DNA of 64,000 nucleotides from Amphiscolops sp. MND2022 (GCA_964187785.1 OZ076409.1:69628001-69692000), one strand, 5' to 3'. Positions 1 through 15,000 are shown, counted from the first letter of the stretch. Notes: generated from the sequence alone by a model not told the origin. Translations and numbers: made by a program.

Positions 1-307
1 TCAGTTCGTTTTTGTATCTGTTCTTTGATTGGTGGGTTTTTGTTAACGTTTTTGTGTTCGATCGGTTGCGGGTCTTTCTTTTGTGATTTGTCGATGCTGC
101 CAGAGTTGTTGCGGAACTCTAATAATGGTATTATGCAATTAAACACGTAATCGTCGTCGTAGTTAGTTTTCGATCAGTTCTGGGTTTCATACTGAATTTT
201 TGCTTAGATAATCTGATAATCCCTGGCATTTGCCTGTGATGAATTTCATTTTGATGTCGAAATGTGCTAGTTTTTACAATCTTCTTGTTATTTTCCGCCC
301 ACGTAAA

Positions 308-510
308 TGGGGGAGGAAATTCATGATCTGTGTTGCGTTTTTTTCCAAATTCTGCCAAATCTCCTCCCAGTTTCACCTCACTTAGAGTTACGTGACTATT
401 CTAGTTATTAGTAAAATCTAGTGACCATGGCGCAGTTGGTAGTGCGTCTGCCTGTCTGCTGTGTTACTTTTTCAGTGGAAAATATTCCGGTGCTTAGCGG
501 GCGTCTTGTT
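308..510 (+). repeat. Second copy of the tRNA-like repeat (B box missing)
   Basis: Shares GGGGAGGAAA..TTCTGCCAAATCTCC, GCGCAGTTGGTAGTGCGTC and TTAGCGGGCGTCTTGTT with 26195-26472. Confidence 0.7.
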
Positions 511-1202
511 AGCCTTGCACTGTTTGTTCTGTTTGATCAATTCTTCTTTATAAGTGGCTCAAATGCTTAATGGTTTGTTAGTAGTTCAGTGGGTCGTCCG
601 TAGATATAAATTCATAAAATGCTCTAGTCACTATACTACTGCGAGCAGTTTCAGTTCGTTCATTGCGTTTTTCTGTTCTACATCCGATAAACACTTACTT
701 GCGTACCCGACCGACTTTAAACTTTCATCTTTTTGTCTCTGCCATAACGTTGCCCCAAGGCCCTTCGTGCTCGCATCTGTTGTTATATTCTCGTAATTTG
801 AAAATTTGTAATGCTTTTTTTAGTTTGTTGAGTGTTTGGGCGTGTTTTTTTTTGTTTCCCATATTGCTCTCTGTGCTATGTTTTATGGGAGTGAAACAAT
901 AATAATACCGAAATAATTGCTTGATAATATTCTCTTCTACATCGTATGAATGTAAAACGTACAATGAACAGAAAAGCCTTGTATTAAACTAAAAGGTTGT
1001 GACAGGTATTCAACTGCCATGTTAGTCACCTGAAGGGCCGAACTTATTTAATGACATCCATCACAATATTGTTCGGTAATTCGATAAGGATGACACTTTC
1101 TAGATTTCTGGCACTGTCTGTGTTTTGCATTCCATCATATAGCTGCCTCGCTGTGGTACAGGTTTTTCGAACAGAGTCGATGAAGAGTGAAGCAATGTAG
1201 TT

Positions 1203-1650
1203 TTAGTCGCGTTTTCGAAGAAGCGGCTAGTTTTTTTTCGTTAGTTCAACTCGATCGGTCCACTTTTTTTATTCATTTGTTCAACGTCATCAGCTTGAAC
1301 TACGGACGTCCAAAACATACTCGAAACGCCAGAAGCTCGTCCGAAACAAAAACATCGACGTCCAGAACCTCGAAAACATAGGATCCCCTTTGGTGTCTTT
1401 CAACCGGATTTTTTTCGGCACTATGCGGTTTTTTTTTGAAGTTTGTTAGACTCCACCAAAGGGTTCCCCCTTTGTTTGTATCGATATTTTGCAACACAAT
1501 GGATGTCAAAATATCCCCCTTTTTACATTTTTCGGCACTGTGACACTGTTCAAAAACGTCATTTTTATTTTTCACAAAGCCCAAAGGGTCCCCCCTTTTA
1601 CAATTTTGAGCCTTAGATATAGTGCCGACTTTGGACGGTCCCGGCTTGTT
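1203..1650 (+). mobile_element. Helentron/DINE-1-like non-autonomous element, family A
   Basis: 5' TTAGTCG(G)CG and 3' GCCGACT subterminal inverted repeat, short hairpin GGACGGTCC, CTTGTT end. Confidence 0.7.
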
Positions 1651-2879
1651 AGAATTGTAACGCTGGCTTGTAGCATCCAATAAGTCAGTAGTATCTTGGC
1701 CTTATATTCTGGGAGTCTCCTGGGCTCAGGTAAATACATCTTGATCTTGGTATGACCACAGGACGTTTGAGTACTGAAAATTTTTCCTCAAAAATAGTTC
1801 TTTTGGGCTTCACCAAATTTGGAATCCAAGTAGTTCAGCAGTAGATCATAGATAATTCTGTTCTACATTCTGACACTCAACAGAATCTGGCACTTGAAAT
1901 TTCTCTGAGTCTGTTTTCAAAGTTTTCAAACCTTCAGACTGCAATCATAAAGGAATCTACTTGAAAGTTTTTCAGTGATACGCCAAATGGAATCAAGGTT
2001 CAGCTTAAAAACTTTTTGAGTGGCAGACTTTTCCAAGACCTCCCTTACAATTTAACAGATATTGCATTTGATACTATTGGAGTTTGGAAGTTTTATCAAA
2101 TCACTTCCTCTCAAAAGCCTTTTTCCATATAATTTAGAAATCAAAAATTTCGTCCATTCGTTCCACCTTTTAAACTTTTCCTAGTTGGATTTACTTCGTA
2201 ATCGAATTGCGTGTTTTATGACCTCAATTTCGCAATGTGTAAAACACGATAAAACATGAAACTGCGTATTGAACATGTATTCTCGTATACGACAAAGCAT
2301 TCTTGCAGTTTGGTGCAGAGTTGAACAAACTAGCAGGTTCGTTAGGAAGTTGTTTTGACAGCCCAGAGAAAACAGACTGGGTTTTCAGTTCTCAGTAAAT
2401 ATTGTTGATTGAATATTGAATTTGTTCACTTTTCCTATCCGTGTATTCCCTTATAAACTGATTACCTGACTGGCTCAGGAGAATTCTTTTCCAATCTATT
2501 CCAGTATTGGCCGCCCTCAATTCCTGGGTCTTGAAATACTTCGTATACGTCATACCCTGGAGTGGTTAGGTTTATCTACTTTAGAGTAATTGCCCTTTAA
2601 AGATTTCGAAAAACGCCGCTGATATCAAGACATATTTTATAGGACTTGAAAACCTTAAGGCGGAAATATTTTGATCAGGAAACTTACTAATGATCGTTCA
2701 CTAATGATAGAACTGATACGCTTTTCATGAGAGAGTTCTTCAATTTGAGACAATGTTTTCAGTAGAAAAAAGCGCCGTCGGTGCAACACTGTTGCTGATG
2801 AAAGTTTAACTACATTGTAACTAGAGCTAATAATTGTTAATACGCTTTTAACCCTCAATTTTTTAAAGATTCAAGTCAA

Positions 2880-4331
2880 CCCGGGTTGACCCTCTGACTA
2901 GCATCTTGGCTGTCTTGGCAAGATCTTGCCAAATTCTTACTGCATCTTGGCAACCATGGATCCCATGGCAAGATTCTTACTAGGACCTTACCAAGATGTA
3001 TCATTATTCCAAGATCGTATCTTGTCACGATGGACAAAGTTCTAAAATTGTAAAAAACACTATACCTTCGGTACAAGCAGCTCAATCTAAAGGCTCATTT
3101 CACCCAACAACGACTATTTCTACTCGTTTTCATAATCAAAATGCCTCAACCCGCTCAAATACATTTGCATGCAAAAATGTGCGAAAAATTACGATAACGT
3201 ATTCTGGCTTCCGAAATTCTGATAAGAATCCTAATAACTCGGTTGGGCGACAGTTCGTCTCAAGCGACAATTCATCCCAAGCAACAATTCGTCCCAAGCG
3301 ACAATTCGTCCCAAGCGACAATTCGTCCCAAATTCCAAAAAGCGACAATTCTTCCCAAGGGTCAATTCGTCCCATTTTGAAAAAAAGGCGACAATTCGTT
3401 CCATTTGTAAAAAGCGACAATTCGTCCCAAATTGTTGAATTGATCAGCTAATTACCAACCTTTTGAAGGTTGAAACGTAAGAAATAATCAAACCAACTAC
3501 AAATGAATTCATTCAACCACGTGACAATAATTAGAAAATGTTGGATTTTAACGCACTAGTCGTCGAATGTTAAAATTAATTGTTGGCACCTGCCTCTAAT
3601 TGTAATCTTTCCGGATTTATTATTACAAAGGTCTTTATTGGCAATTAAATTGGGGACAAGTTGCAGCTTTTAATAATTGGGACGAATTGTCGCTTTTTCA
3701 AAATGGGACGAAAGGTCGCTTGGGACTAATTGTCGCTTTTTGGAGTTTGGGACGAATTGTCGCTTGGGACGAATCGTCGCTTGGGACAAATCGTCGCTTT
3801 ACATAATAACTCCTTACTTGTTTAAGACTGAAAAATGCCGAATGTACCAAATGAAATTTTTTGTTAATTCATATCTCCGTCTATCTTTGAGCCTGTTTCA
3901 GCAGCCTTATTGCTGCTGGAAATGGTGTTCATTGTCCCGGTTTGGGCAATGATTCAGCAAGAGGCTTTTTTGACGTCGTTGTTTGCGATATTTTTTGCAA
4001 GTTAAAGGACAATTGAATCAGAGCATCCCTAAATTAACAGCACAAGGACTCTTCAATCAATTATTATACCTTGTTACCAGAAAATTGTCATGTACAGCAA
4101 TATAAATCTGCAAAAAAGTTGATATTTGTTGACTTCCTTTCAGATTTTTTCTGGCCAAATAAGATTTTGCAAGGAAATTTTTCTTGGGAACATGGCTCTC
4201 TTGATAAGATCTTACCATGATATCTTGCAATTCTTGGCAATATCTTGCAAGATCTTAGCAAAGATTTTCCCAAGATCTTGGCAAGATTTTGCCAAGATCT
4301 TACTAAGATATCCATGGCGGGTCGACCCGGG
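2880..4331. mobile_element. Non-autonomous TIR element with CAAGATCTTG subterminal repeats (hosts the 3241-3803 MITE)
   Basis: CCCGGGTTGACCC ... GGGTCGACCCGGG terminal inverted repeats (1 mismatch); could instead be two half-elements. Confidence 0.55.
3241..3803. mobile_element. Mutator/Foldback-type MITE
   Basis: Left arm of tandem GCGACAATTCGTCCCAA units, right arm of the inverted units TTGGGACGAATTGTCGC, and a perfect 9-bp TSD TAATAACTC (3232-3240, 3804-3812). Confidence 0.88.
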
Positions 4332-5896
4332 AAATTTTAAAAAAATCATGGTAAAAGTGATTGACAACCTACAGAGACTTATAAAAATTTTATACAATGT
4401 CATCTAGGGTAACTGTTTCTACCTTATGTTAACCCTGGAATTCCGTTTTCTTGATGGAGGCCATTCGTTTTATAATTCAGAAGACGAATCCGCCAAAATA
4501 TCAAACATCAATAATCCCACTAACGACCTTGACCAATAAATTTCCAGTCTAGTTTCTTTATCCACTAAAATCTGCTTTGCATTTAAATCCCATTAAAACC
4601 TTCCCTATCAAAATTCAGCCTCATTTCCGCCCCTATTTGCTCAAATTCAGACCTGGCTGAATCTAGTCGTGTTGGCATTGTACGCCATTAAGGAGTCCTG
4701 TTTCCAATTTAATCATTGGGTAACTGGGAGACAGAATTAGTTATTATAATGAGCCTGAGAAAAGCTTAGTGGCTTTGTGTCCATCATCTACGTTTAATTA
4801 AGTTTGATACTTTAAATTCATCAACAGCTACTCCACGGAAATTGACATTTTCAACATTTGCACACAAACGTTCTCCAGAACTATCCATGTGTTACTTAGG
4901 AACTCAGTGACTATAACAAGACTAAGGATAATGAATAATGGATAATACTTACATTACATACATGTACATACACAACTGTGCATCTAAAAGCGCAAACAGT
5001 CAAAGCAACATGGCTGAGCATGCATGTATTTTATATTACCAACTATGGAATAATAGTGTAAAAAATGAGGATAAAAGACTTTGTCGCAGCTTGAAACAAT
5101 AACCAAAATTACTTCTATCGGCTTTGACAATAATTTTATCACAATACATGCTGCTTTGCAACCATCAAAAGTAAAAAAAAAAGTAAGTTAGAATTCATAT
5201 ATAAATTGATGCGTTAGTGGGGGGTGTCGTTGTTGGTTAGGGCATCTACAGGTTGTATGTTAAGTGTATAAACCATGGGCTAGTGATTTTCCCGCCAACC
5301 CAATAGTGGCAGCAGGCAATTTATTTACCGCCTTTTTTGCTCCTAGACTACTCAGGGGATGCCTTCCATCAACGTGACTTATCCCTATTTACCTGTCTGC
5401 TAAATCCCACATCACCCTTTGGAGGAAAACCTGGACTCAAAAGTCTGCGTGGAACGAGAAGGAGGGGGAAGATTTAATCGCAAATACTCCATGTAACCAC
5501 AACTGGACACCTATTCCTATCCCCAAAGCAATTTTCTCCCACCGCTAAATTTTTTACAAACGCTGGGTCCATTTTTTTGATTTGGTCAGATATTGAACTG
5601 CCATAGAAAAACTTAATGAATATGCAAGTATCTTCAATTATTATAGTAGTACCTCTGTTGAAAAAATCCCTGTCAATGAAAACTAGCTCAAGCTTGCAAA
5701 TCTATCTAAAAATCGAGTCAATCACCACAGTTTAAACATAGTTCCTCGATTTTTGTAAATGACCCATGATTAAATTGAGATCATACCGACGTCATGCAGA
5801 AAAGGCGAACAATTTTTATCCAATTTTTCCGAGGGGATAAGAATAAGCGGACAAAGGATGGAAGAATGCAGAAAACGGAAAACGAACTGCTATGAC

Positions 5897-6070
5897 ATGT
5901 TTATTACCTGTCGAACTTTTTCCAATTATTTTTATTTGCTGCTATTCATCATTAGCTTATCTGTTGAGCCAAGAAAGGGGGAAAAGTTGCCTTTCTTTAA
6001 CGTGCCCCTAACTGGCATCATCGATGAAGGATATTCGGTTTCTATTGATATCGGGTCACCAGCACAAAGG
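5897..6070 (+). CDS. BACE: BACE-like exon 1
   Basis: MFITC...LLLFIISLSV...GYSVSIDIGSPAQR followed by a gttagt donor. Confidence 0.8.
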
Positions 6071-9000
6071 GTTAGTTACAACTTTGATTTTTTTTAGTAC
6101 AGAAAAAGTGCATTATTTTTTTATGAAATTAAAAAGTTTGTGAAAAAGCGAGAACTAAAGTGAAAATTGAAGTAGGGTTTCAAGGTGTTAGACAGAAATA
6201 AGGAAAAAATTGTTGAAAAATCAGATGATGTTGATTTGAAAATTTCTTTAGCAACTTTCATGTGTACAAATTGTTTTTAGGTAACCTTCAACTCAAATAT
6301 CAATTGCGATTAATGCGGACGAAGTCTTTCAAAATTTATGAAAATCTGAACTACTTTTTTTTCTACAAACTTCAAATTTTCACTGGAAAGCTTCAAATAA
6401 GTCCTGAAAGAGCAAAAATAGGTCTCAAATTGCTTGAGACGAGGAAATATTGACTTATTTTCTCTACTCCAAGTTTATCTCGAAACAGGTAATGTAGCTC
6501 AATTATATGTATAAGATGGTTGTAATTTTTTTCATTAAAAGATATTAGCCGTATAAAGTTGGGAAAAGGGACGAATCTACCATTTTTGTTGTCATGAAAA
6601 ACGCTTTGAACTTGAAGAAATTCAAAAATATAGCAGTTTTTGTCTTATACACTACGGTCGAACCAAAAGTTGAACCATTTCCAACGTAGCAATACTCAGT
6701 TCCGAGATGAAGGCTTTAATCGTTTTCAAGAAATTAAAATCACTCAACTCACGGTACAAAATACAAACAACGTTGAAGCTTTTCAAGACTTGAAGCACTA
6801 ATTCCTTTGTTTCTTGAAACGCTGGAAAAGTTTTTTTTTCATTTGAAAATGTTTCGTTGGAAATGAACAACAACGTTCTAAAAGTAATTCAAAGCTACGA
6901 CAAAAAGAAAGTTTTTTGTGAAGATGGAAAACTGCGTAGAAATTCTAACTCTTAAATTCGCTTGTGTTGATGTCCTCATCGAATGAAAAATCATTGAAAG
7001 CTCCTATCGCAATTATTGCCCAAAAGACGTTACTCCGATGGAAAAAAGCTATTTTCAGATTAGAAGCTATGAACGCTCTGAACAGCCGAAAAGAACCGGC
7101 CGAGTAATAAGACTGCCGCTACGCACTGGCAGAATTTCCGAACTGAATTGTCTTGGCAACCTCAGATTTCTGAGCCCGTATCGTACCCCAATAAAGTTAT
7201 GCCAAACAAAATTTCGGAATCTGCTTTGTTTCGCTTTCGGAATTTCGCTTTGTTTGGGTCATAATCGGCACTATTATCAAACATTAGGCTAAGTGGTTGA
7301 GCTTTGTGCATATACAATTTAACGAAAACGTGCAAATCCTGCAAGAAATTGAACTCAAAATACCAATGATACCATTTTGGCCTTTTTCATATTCAGATTT
7401 TTTGAAGAAGTTCAGATATCTTCACAAATACGTAGGCTACTAACCTATTTATTGTCGTTTAATTCTGTGAAAAAAATTCAGCGAATGTTTTGAGTTTAGT
7501 TTTGAGGAGCACATTGGCATGAAGGTTTAATTGGAATTACTCGAGAAACTTACGCGTGAAAACAAAGTGATCGCGGCCGTGAAAAATTGGAAATGTTTTC
7601 AGTTTTGATTGAAATTGTGGAAGCTGAATTGTAATAAACCAATATAATTGTAGTATCATGTTACAGGTTTAAGAAAATTGAGAAAAAACAGTGGTAGATA
7701 AACAGAACTTGGCAAATGCGCGTTATCTCTAGTTCTTTTGCGACCCGAATTCCCCATAAAACTTAACATTTGAAATTGAACGCGTTTGAAACTATTTTTT
7801 TCTGGATTTTTTATATCAATATAAATTGGTTCGTGTTTAGTTTAACATTCTGGTCGACACTGGAAGCAGTAATCTGGCAGTTGCTGGCAAACCCTATTAC
7901 GTCACAAAGTACTTTAAACCTAAGAAGTTAGTGTAACAATTCATTTCCGTGTTGATAAGCATTCAAAAACTAGTGGTCAAATTTTGAGCAACTCAATGAT
8001 GCAAAAAAAACTGAAACGTCTATAACTCCTATTGATTGGCTATCAAGTTCAATTATTACGTATGAGCACCTGAATTTCAATGATGACATTTGATATTACA
8101 TTTTTAAAGAGAAGTTCTTTCAAAGGGTCGATGGAGGTCTGTGAATTTAATAGTTTTCATCGATAGTTCTTCGAGGTCAAACCACATACTTGAAAGAACT
8201 CTGAAGGAAGAACTTTTCCTGTGCATGAACTTCGAAGAAAAATGCTTCGATGGCAAAACGAGAGTGTAGAGTTCTCGGAAATGAAAAAACTTGTAGGCGC
8301 AAAGGTGCTTAGCGCAAGGCTTGCGAAGACTACAGGTTTGACACCAATCAAATTCAGGATGTAGATCATCTGCATCAGAAACCTTTCAGAATGTAAATCA
8401 TCTGCATTGCAAAGATATTGGCCATAGGAAACCAAGGAATACAAAGAGGCTAAAAGTCGCATTAGATCAATGAACATTTTTTGTTTTAAAAAATACTACC
8501 TTAGCGAGATGGAAAAAGTTCCACAAGAAAGCCCCAGGAGTGCACCATGAATAAGTATCTACCCATCATGTCAGTAGCTCGAATGGTTCCTCTGACAATA
8601 GTAGCAAAGTGAATAGAAACTGGTGTCCAGATTCGATCTACTCTCTTCTAACGCGAAAAGTCTATGTTGGAACATCTGTCGACAAATTTTTTTTTCCGGA
8701 TGGTAGTGCAGAGTCGCGCCAATTTTTTGAGTCCAGAGTCGTGAAAAAAAGCGAACAGTGCACCCACCATAGAAGACGGGAAATAAGGGCTCAAAGTTGA
8801 AAAATTGGTCAATGTCACACTTTTTGACAGAAAAAAACTTTCGTGGTCCCCTGAAGGATTTTGATAATCAATGGAAAGATCCTTTGAAGGGCAATGAAAT
8901 CTTTAAAAAGAGGTTTCACGGAATTCATTCTTGAATGACTAGGGGAGCCAATTTTGGTTATCATGAGACGGTGAGGTTTTTTTCATTACACTGACAAAGT

Positions 9001-12000
9001 TGATTAATTTTTTCTTGTGTCCGTCAACTTATGGGCATATTAAGTAGGGAACTCATGAAGCCAAATATTTGAAAAATTGCAGCAATTTTGTTTCAAGATT
9101 CAGTCGCTAGTTTTCTTTACAAATGCATCAAAAAGAAAGATGTCGTAAAACTGGAAGAATTTATACAAGTTCATTTGAAAAGATTCCGTAATTTTATACA
9201 AAACAGTTTGCTTCCTTAATTGAATGAGTCATACTGATCTGATTTGAGGTCGAAATCGTTCAAGTGGTTGGACGACAAGATCAGTGTGAAATACAGCCAA
9301 GGGTTCTGGAAAGGAGAGCTGGCCAAAGATGACATGAAGTTCTCTGTGCTGCCGACCAAACCCATCAATGCCAAGTTTGTCGTCATTGACTACAGCCGAA
9401 ACTTCTTCGTCAACGGTACCGAGTGGCAGGGCATACTCGGATTGGGCTACCGATCTATCGCCGAAGAGGTTAATCAACATTCTGAACATTTCGGCGACCA
9501 TGCAACTGGCTGACCGTTCGGCTGGCCGACTGTGCAATAATCCGCAACCAATCGAAAGTCTGATGCGTATTAAAAAGTTGTTTGTGAACACTACTCAACG
9601 TGTTTACTATTTGTGTTTACTGCCTCTTTTTTTAAAAGCATACAAGAAGTGCTATGGTTTCGAATCAAGATCAGCTTCTATGAAAACCTTTTCCTTTTTT
9701 AGTTTATTCTTTTCAAACTATAAACTTCGTTTTAGGGCTAATTCTGCTGATCTGAACTTACTTTGTCGGCAAATTGCACAGTCGGTCAATAGCACTGTCG
9801 ACCAAATGACCTAGCACCAAATGCTTGTAGATTATATAATTTGCTTATTTTTCACAAATCTTGAAAGAAGTTTCATGCTTTCGAAACCTGGTTCATTAAT
9901 ACCCGATGTTTCGGAAAAATTATAATGAAAAATTTTTTCAGGATGTGAAGCCGTTCTGGGAGAGATACATAGAGGTGCACAATTTTGAGGATATCTTTTC
10001 GATCAGTTTATGTGGTCTCCAGAGCAAAGCAAAGGTCGACTTAACTGGAAAAGATGCCGCCCAAGGAATACTAGTGAGTTAAGAAAGTTAAGATGAATTC
10101 ATTGGTTAGCGACTTCACGAGGAAAATTACTGAGTGCAATATGCAATATTACGTAATCACGATCGTTCAAAATCACGATCGCTCGAGCGATTTGGTTCAA
10201 AAACTAGTTTAAGCCAGTTTCTGGTTTTAATCTCAAGATAACACTCATTTCCACAAGTGCAACTGTATTAAAGGACAAAGATGTTTTATTTGAAAAAGTC
10301 GCTATAGGCGCGATCCATTTCATCATTTATGGAATTAATTTCGAAAAATGTTTTTTTTTATAAATTACTTCAGATTCAACAATGTATTAAATACATAAAT
10401 GCATTAAACAAGCCGTTTGAACACTTAGTTCGAAGCGTATGTGTATAATGTCCAAATATTTTATAGATCACCACTATAGCAATTCAACGGTATATCAAAA
10501 CGATTACTTTGGAAAATTTTTGAGAAATTGATTCGCTTCATTGTAAATTCACACTCAATTTCTTACTTCTCTCAATTTTTGTCATTAAGTTCTTAGATGT
10601 TGATAAAACAAACAGTTTTTGGATCAACTAAATTGGAAAGATTTGATCAATTGAAAGATTTCATCTGCAGTCAGCATTCCATTAATTAGCCTGAAAATCC
10701 TCTCAAAGCCTACTGACTTTCCACCAACGTTTCGTCAAAAATTATTTCTCCTCTTTTCATATCAGCTTTTGTTTCAAGAACTCATTTGTGACGTAATTGT
10801 GGTCTTATTTAGACGCTAGGTGGCATGGACCCTCAGCACTACGTGGGGGCTATGCAGTACACACCCATCGTTAGGACCACATACTTTGAGGTCGTCATCA
10901 CTGACATCATGGTGGATGGGAAGAGCCTCGCCATGGACTGCAAAGAGGTTAATGCCACTCCTGCATCTATTCATGTTTTTACATGTTCTTTTATGCTTGC
11001 ATGAGTCCATGTTTTGAGATAGAGCAGTTCTTTGCAATTTGTTGTCTAACTAATTATATTAATCACTTGAAAACTGAAGATCACATTCGAAGCTATGAAA
11101 ATGTTTAATAAAAAATTTTCTAGGTTTTTCACATGGCATGCAAAATTTGCCGCAATGATAGTTAGGAGACTTTTCATCTATCAACAAGTAATACCAAGGA
11201 TAACTAGCACATAAAATCAATGTCAAGAATAGGGTAAATTTCCATTTTCAGTGTGACATGGGAATAACGTCTAAAATCGCCAAAGTAAATTTCGTACTGG
11301 AAAATACGGCTACAAACAGTGAAAAAAACATACAATCACACATTGAAAAGGCAGACCACACAGCTGCAAGGAAAAAGGCTAATTTGGCTGTTTTCGCTGC
11401 TTAGGCAGCATAATGCTGAAATCAATGAAAACAGGGTGTTAGCACCTCAAAAAGTGTCTTTTTAGACCGGATTTTCACAATCACTACGCGCTCTCAAGCT
11501 ACTTCGTTCTCGGGGTTCTCGCTCTGTCTGCTCTCGTCCTCGTTGCATTCAATATGGCGAAAACAGTGAATTTGTGTATCATGGGGTGCACAAAAAAATA
11601 CAACTCTTGCAAGAATCGTGCAAGTTTCTTGCAAAGAATAGATCTCTTGCAAGTTTCTTGCATGTCAATAGAAACCTTGCAAGATTCTTGCAAGTTGATG
11701 TACAACTTGCAAGATATTGAAACACAATCTTGCAAGACATCTATTTTTCTTGCAAGTAACTTGCAAGCTTAATATTTTCCCTTTCAGATGAATTGGTTCC
11801 GTAAGGAGCTGGTTTGGATTCCAGGAACGTGCCATGGCGTTACATTAAGGAAGCACTTTAAGAACTCCTAAAGTTTATGAGCCATTTTTGTTAGAATTTG
11901 CCTTCATTTTTAGTTAATTCTCTTCCAGACTTCAATCAAAGTGACTACAATTAAATATTCATTAGTCTAATCCAAAAACCTAGTCCGAGCCTTTTCCACT

Positions 12001-15000
12001 CCAAGAAAAACTTTTTTAAAATTGAACGATACCAAAATTGGTTTCGAAACATTGAAATGAAAAAGCTATGTGAAATCTCCTTAAAACTAATTAGGTTTTG
12101 TAATTTTGAAAAAAGATTCGTACCTTGTTTTGCTTTAAACTGTTTTTTTTCACGCTTAATAACTTTTGGCTCATTTCAGTACAACTTCCCCAGAACGATA
12201 GTGGACAGTGGCACCACCCATCTGCGCCTGCCTAACCGGGTGTTCAACAAAATAGTCTCCTACCTCAGAAGTTACGTGCAAGGCTCTATCGTTAGTAATA
12301 TTAATTACGTAACAGTCTGACTTAATAGCTATAAATACTTTTCAGAAATGAAGTTTTCATGAAAAAGCTGTCAATAGACTCTACGATAATTCCAACCCTG
12401 GCCATTTTTTCCAATTGAAAGTCAGGCAAAAACCACTTGTAAGCATCGATGGACTACCAGTCTCCTTCTGAGCGGTAAAAAATTATTCAGAACCGCAATA
12501 TAAAGACTTGTTTTTGAAAAAAAAACATGCCAATCTATTACAAGGTGAAATTAAGGGTCAATTAATTAACGTATTATCGAGTTCAAAAATGTTGCAGCGG
12601 AGACATAGTACAGTGATAAAGTAACCTCCCTTTTCAGGAGCTGTATTACGCTGAATTGGATGATATGGAAGTAATTCAACATTGAGATTAAAATATTTTG
12701 ACCTGTTTACTTTAATCTCAAACATTTCTTTTTTTTTCTCTGTCTCGATTGTTTTATAGTTGTCGGATCTGCATTTTCTGCAACATGAAAGGTTTCAAAG
12801 TTCCCAAGAATTTCTATGATTTTTCGAGTTTTTGTTCCAAAGCTGCTAGTTTCAGCCTATTTTTCGCAAAGAAGAAGATTTCTTCTCTTCTCGAAAATAT
12901 GTATTGGCTGTTCATTCGAAAATTTGTTTCAAGTAGCTTCCATTTTGATTTAGCATATTTTCAAAAATTGCATAATTTGGAATATTCTGCGGGCCTCCTT
13001 GGAGCAGGCGCTGGGGCTCCAAGCACCAAACAAGGATAATTAAGCCAAAAGATTCATTTCATCGGTTTCCGCTACTTAGGGGAACAATATGCTGAAATCG
13101 ATAAAACCGGGGTTAGCACCTCAAAAAGAGACTTTTTTAGAGTCCTCTAAGCTCTCAGGCTGTTTCGTTCTCCGTGTTCCTGCTCGGTCTGCTCTCGTCC
13201 TTTCATTGAAAATGGCGAAAACAGCGAAAAAAACAAACACATGCTCAGTGCCAAGTCACACATCGAATTAGAAATTTTGACAAATTTCTGAACATGTCAA
13301 AGTTGCAAAATCTTCTGATCTTGCTGTACCAGAGGGTTCCGTTACAAAGTAGTTTCGAGTGTTTAGCCAGAAACCCTGCCAACTAGCGTTTTAGTGAAGC
13401 TGATTTTAAAGGGAAGCGTTTCAATTGGTAAAATGTTTGGTTTGAAAGATTTGCATCAAAAACATTCATATTTCAATGCTCCCGCTGGTTGACAAAAATG
13501 CATTCCTCGAAAGGATATTACAAGATCCTCACAAAGCAGCAAAATTTGCAAACTTGCAAAGTTCTTAAAAGCAAATGTTTTCCTCGCAAGATCTTGTACA
13601 GAAATGTTTTTCTACGAGATTTTGCATTGAAAAACCTTAGCTGGGACTCCTTAACCTTGGGAGAACTTTCAAGGACTGTAATGCTCTGAGAAAGTTTTTC
13701 AAAGATCAATAAATTATTTCTTCTCATATACCGCATCGGCCGATGCCTTGTTACCAACCTAGATTCATTTCGATGATCACTTGCCATGTTTTTCATAAGA
13801 TAAGAGCCAACATGACTAAACAGATGACCAAACCAAAAGTGAAGTTGTGGACCCTGTGAGGGAGTGGAATTCTTCTCGAAAAACGCGCAAAGACTCTGAC
13901 GCACAATCAGAATTTTCCAGAAAAAGAATTTCCCAGTGCACAAAAGGTCCCAAACGAAAGGACCATTTTTTCTACTTTCTGTTTCAAAACCAAAGCTGGG
14001 ATCGGAGAGTTCTTAATTTACTAATAATTGCTGCACACGGACTTACAAACTACACCACCATATAGTTAGTTACCTAGTACTAGATGTACCAGCTATGCAG
14101 ATAAAACCACAGAACAGAACTTTGTTGGTACTTCATTAGTCACGGAACTCAAAATGAAGTCAAGCACTCAAAAGTTACCTTAAGGAAATGCTTATTGAAA
14201 TGTGTCAATTTTATGGCCTTAAAAACTAGCATTAGGACATAGCGCATTTTTTTGAACCTCCGCCATCTCCTCACTAAAAAGCAATTTTCTACTACATTGG
14301 TAGACTACTAAAAAAACAAGGCAGCCGTTTATTCAAACATGATTGTGTTCAAAAAGTAGACAGATTTGGGGTGATGTTGAAGAAAAAAGAAGAAAAATAA
14401 CAACTAGTCATTTTAAAAGTTGCGTCTTTTCGCTAAAGCAAGAAGCGCCGTCTAACTATATATCGAAGAAGTTCTGTCCTTTGATCTATAAAATTTCGCA
14501 TACTGTTTTTGAGTGATATTCGTCCAATTTACTTTTTTCAAAGCAAAGAGATAATCTGAAATGACGTTTTTTCGTGATTCTGTCTTTTGCTCTCGAACTG
14601 GATATAAAAACAGTCACTATACAAGACGCCCGCTGAGCAGCGGGATATTTTCCGCCCCAAACTGTTCTACAACTACATTTGAGGCTCAAGTATAGCCACT
14701 GTACTATAAAACCGCAAAGAAGTTCCAAGAAAAGAAAGCTTTGATTCATCCTAGCCCGAATTAAAGGAAACCCCTAATTCATTTTTTCTGCGATAGCTGG
14801 CCATCTTTCGTTTTTTTCGGCACTATGCGACTTACCGAGAAAAGAAAAAAAATCATTTTCCGCAATTCTTAGTTTTCGATGTTTTTTGTTAAGGAGAAGA
14901 AGTTTCCCGATGCTTGTGGGTGGCTTCTTTGTCACTTTTGATAATATGGAACTGACGCGGTTTCTTATGACTGTAAAAATTACCTTTCAGTTTTTCGACT

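Noticed and set aside
2996..3451. 151-aa ORF with repeated SDNSSQ
   Set aside because: Translation of MITE tandem arms; the same applies to the ORFs at 61557-61789.
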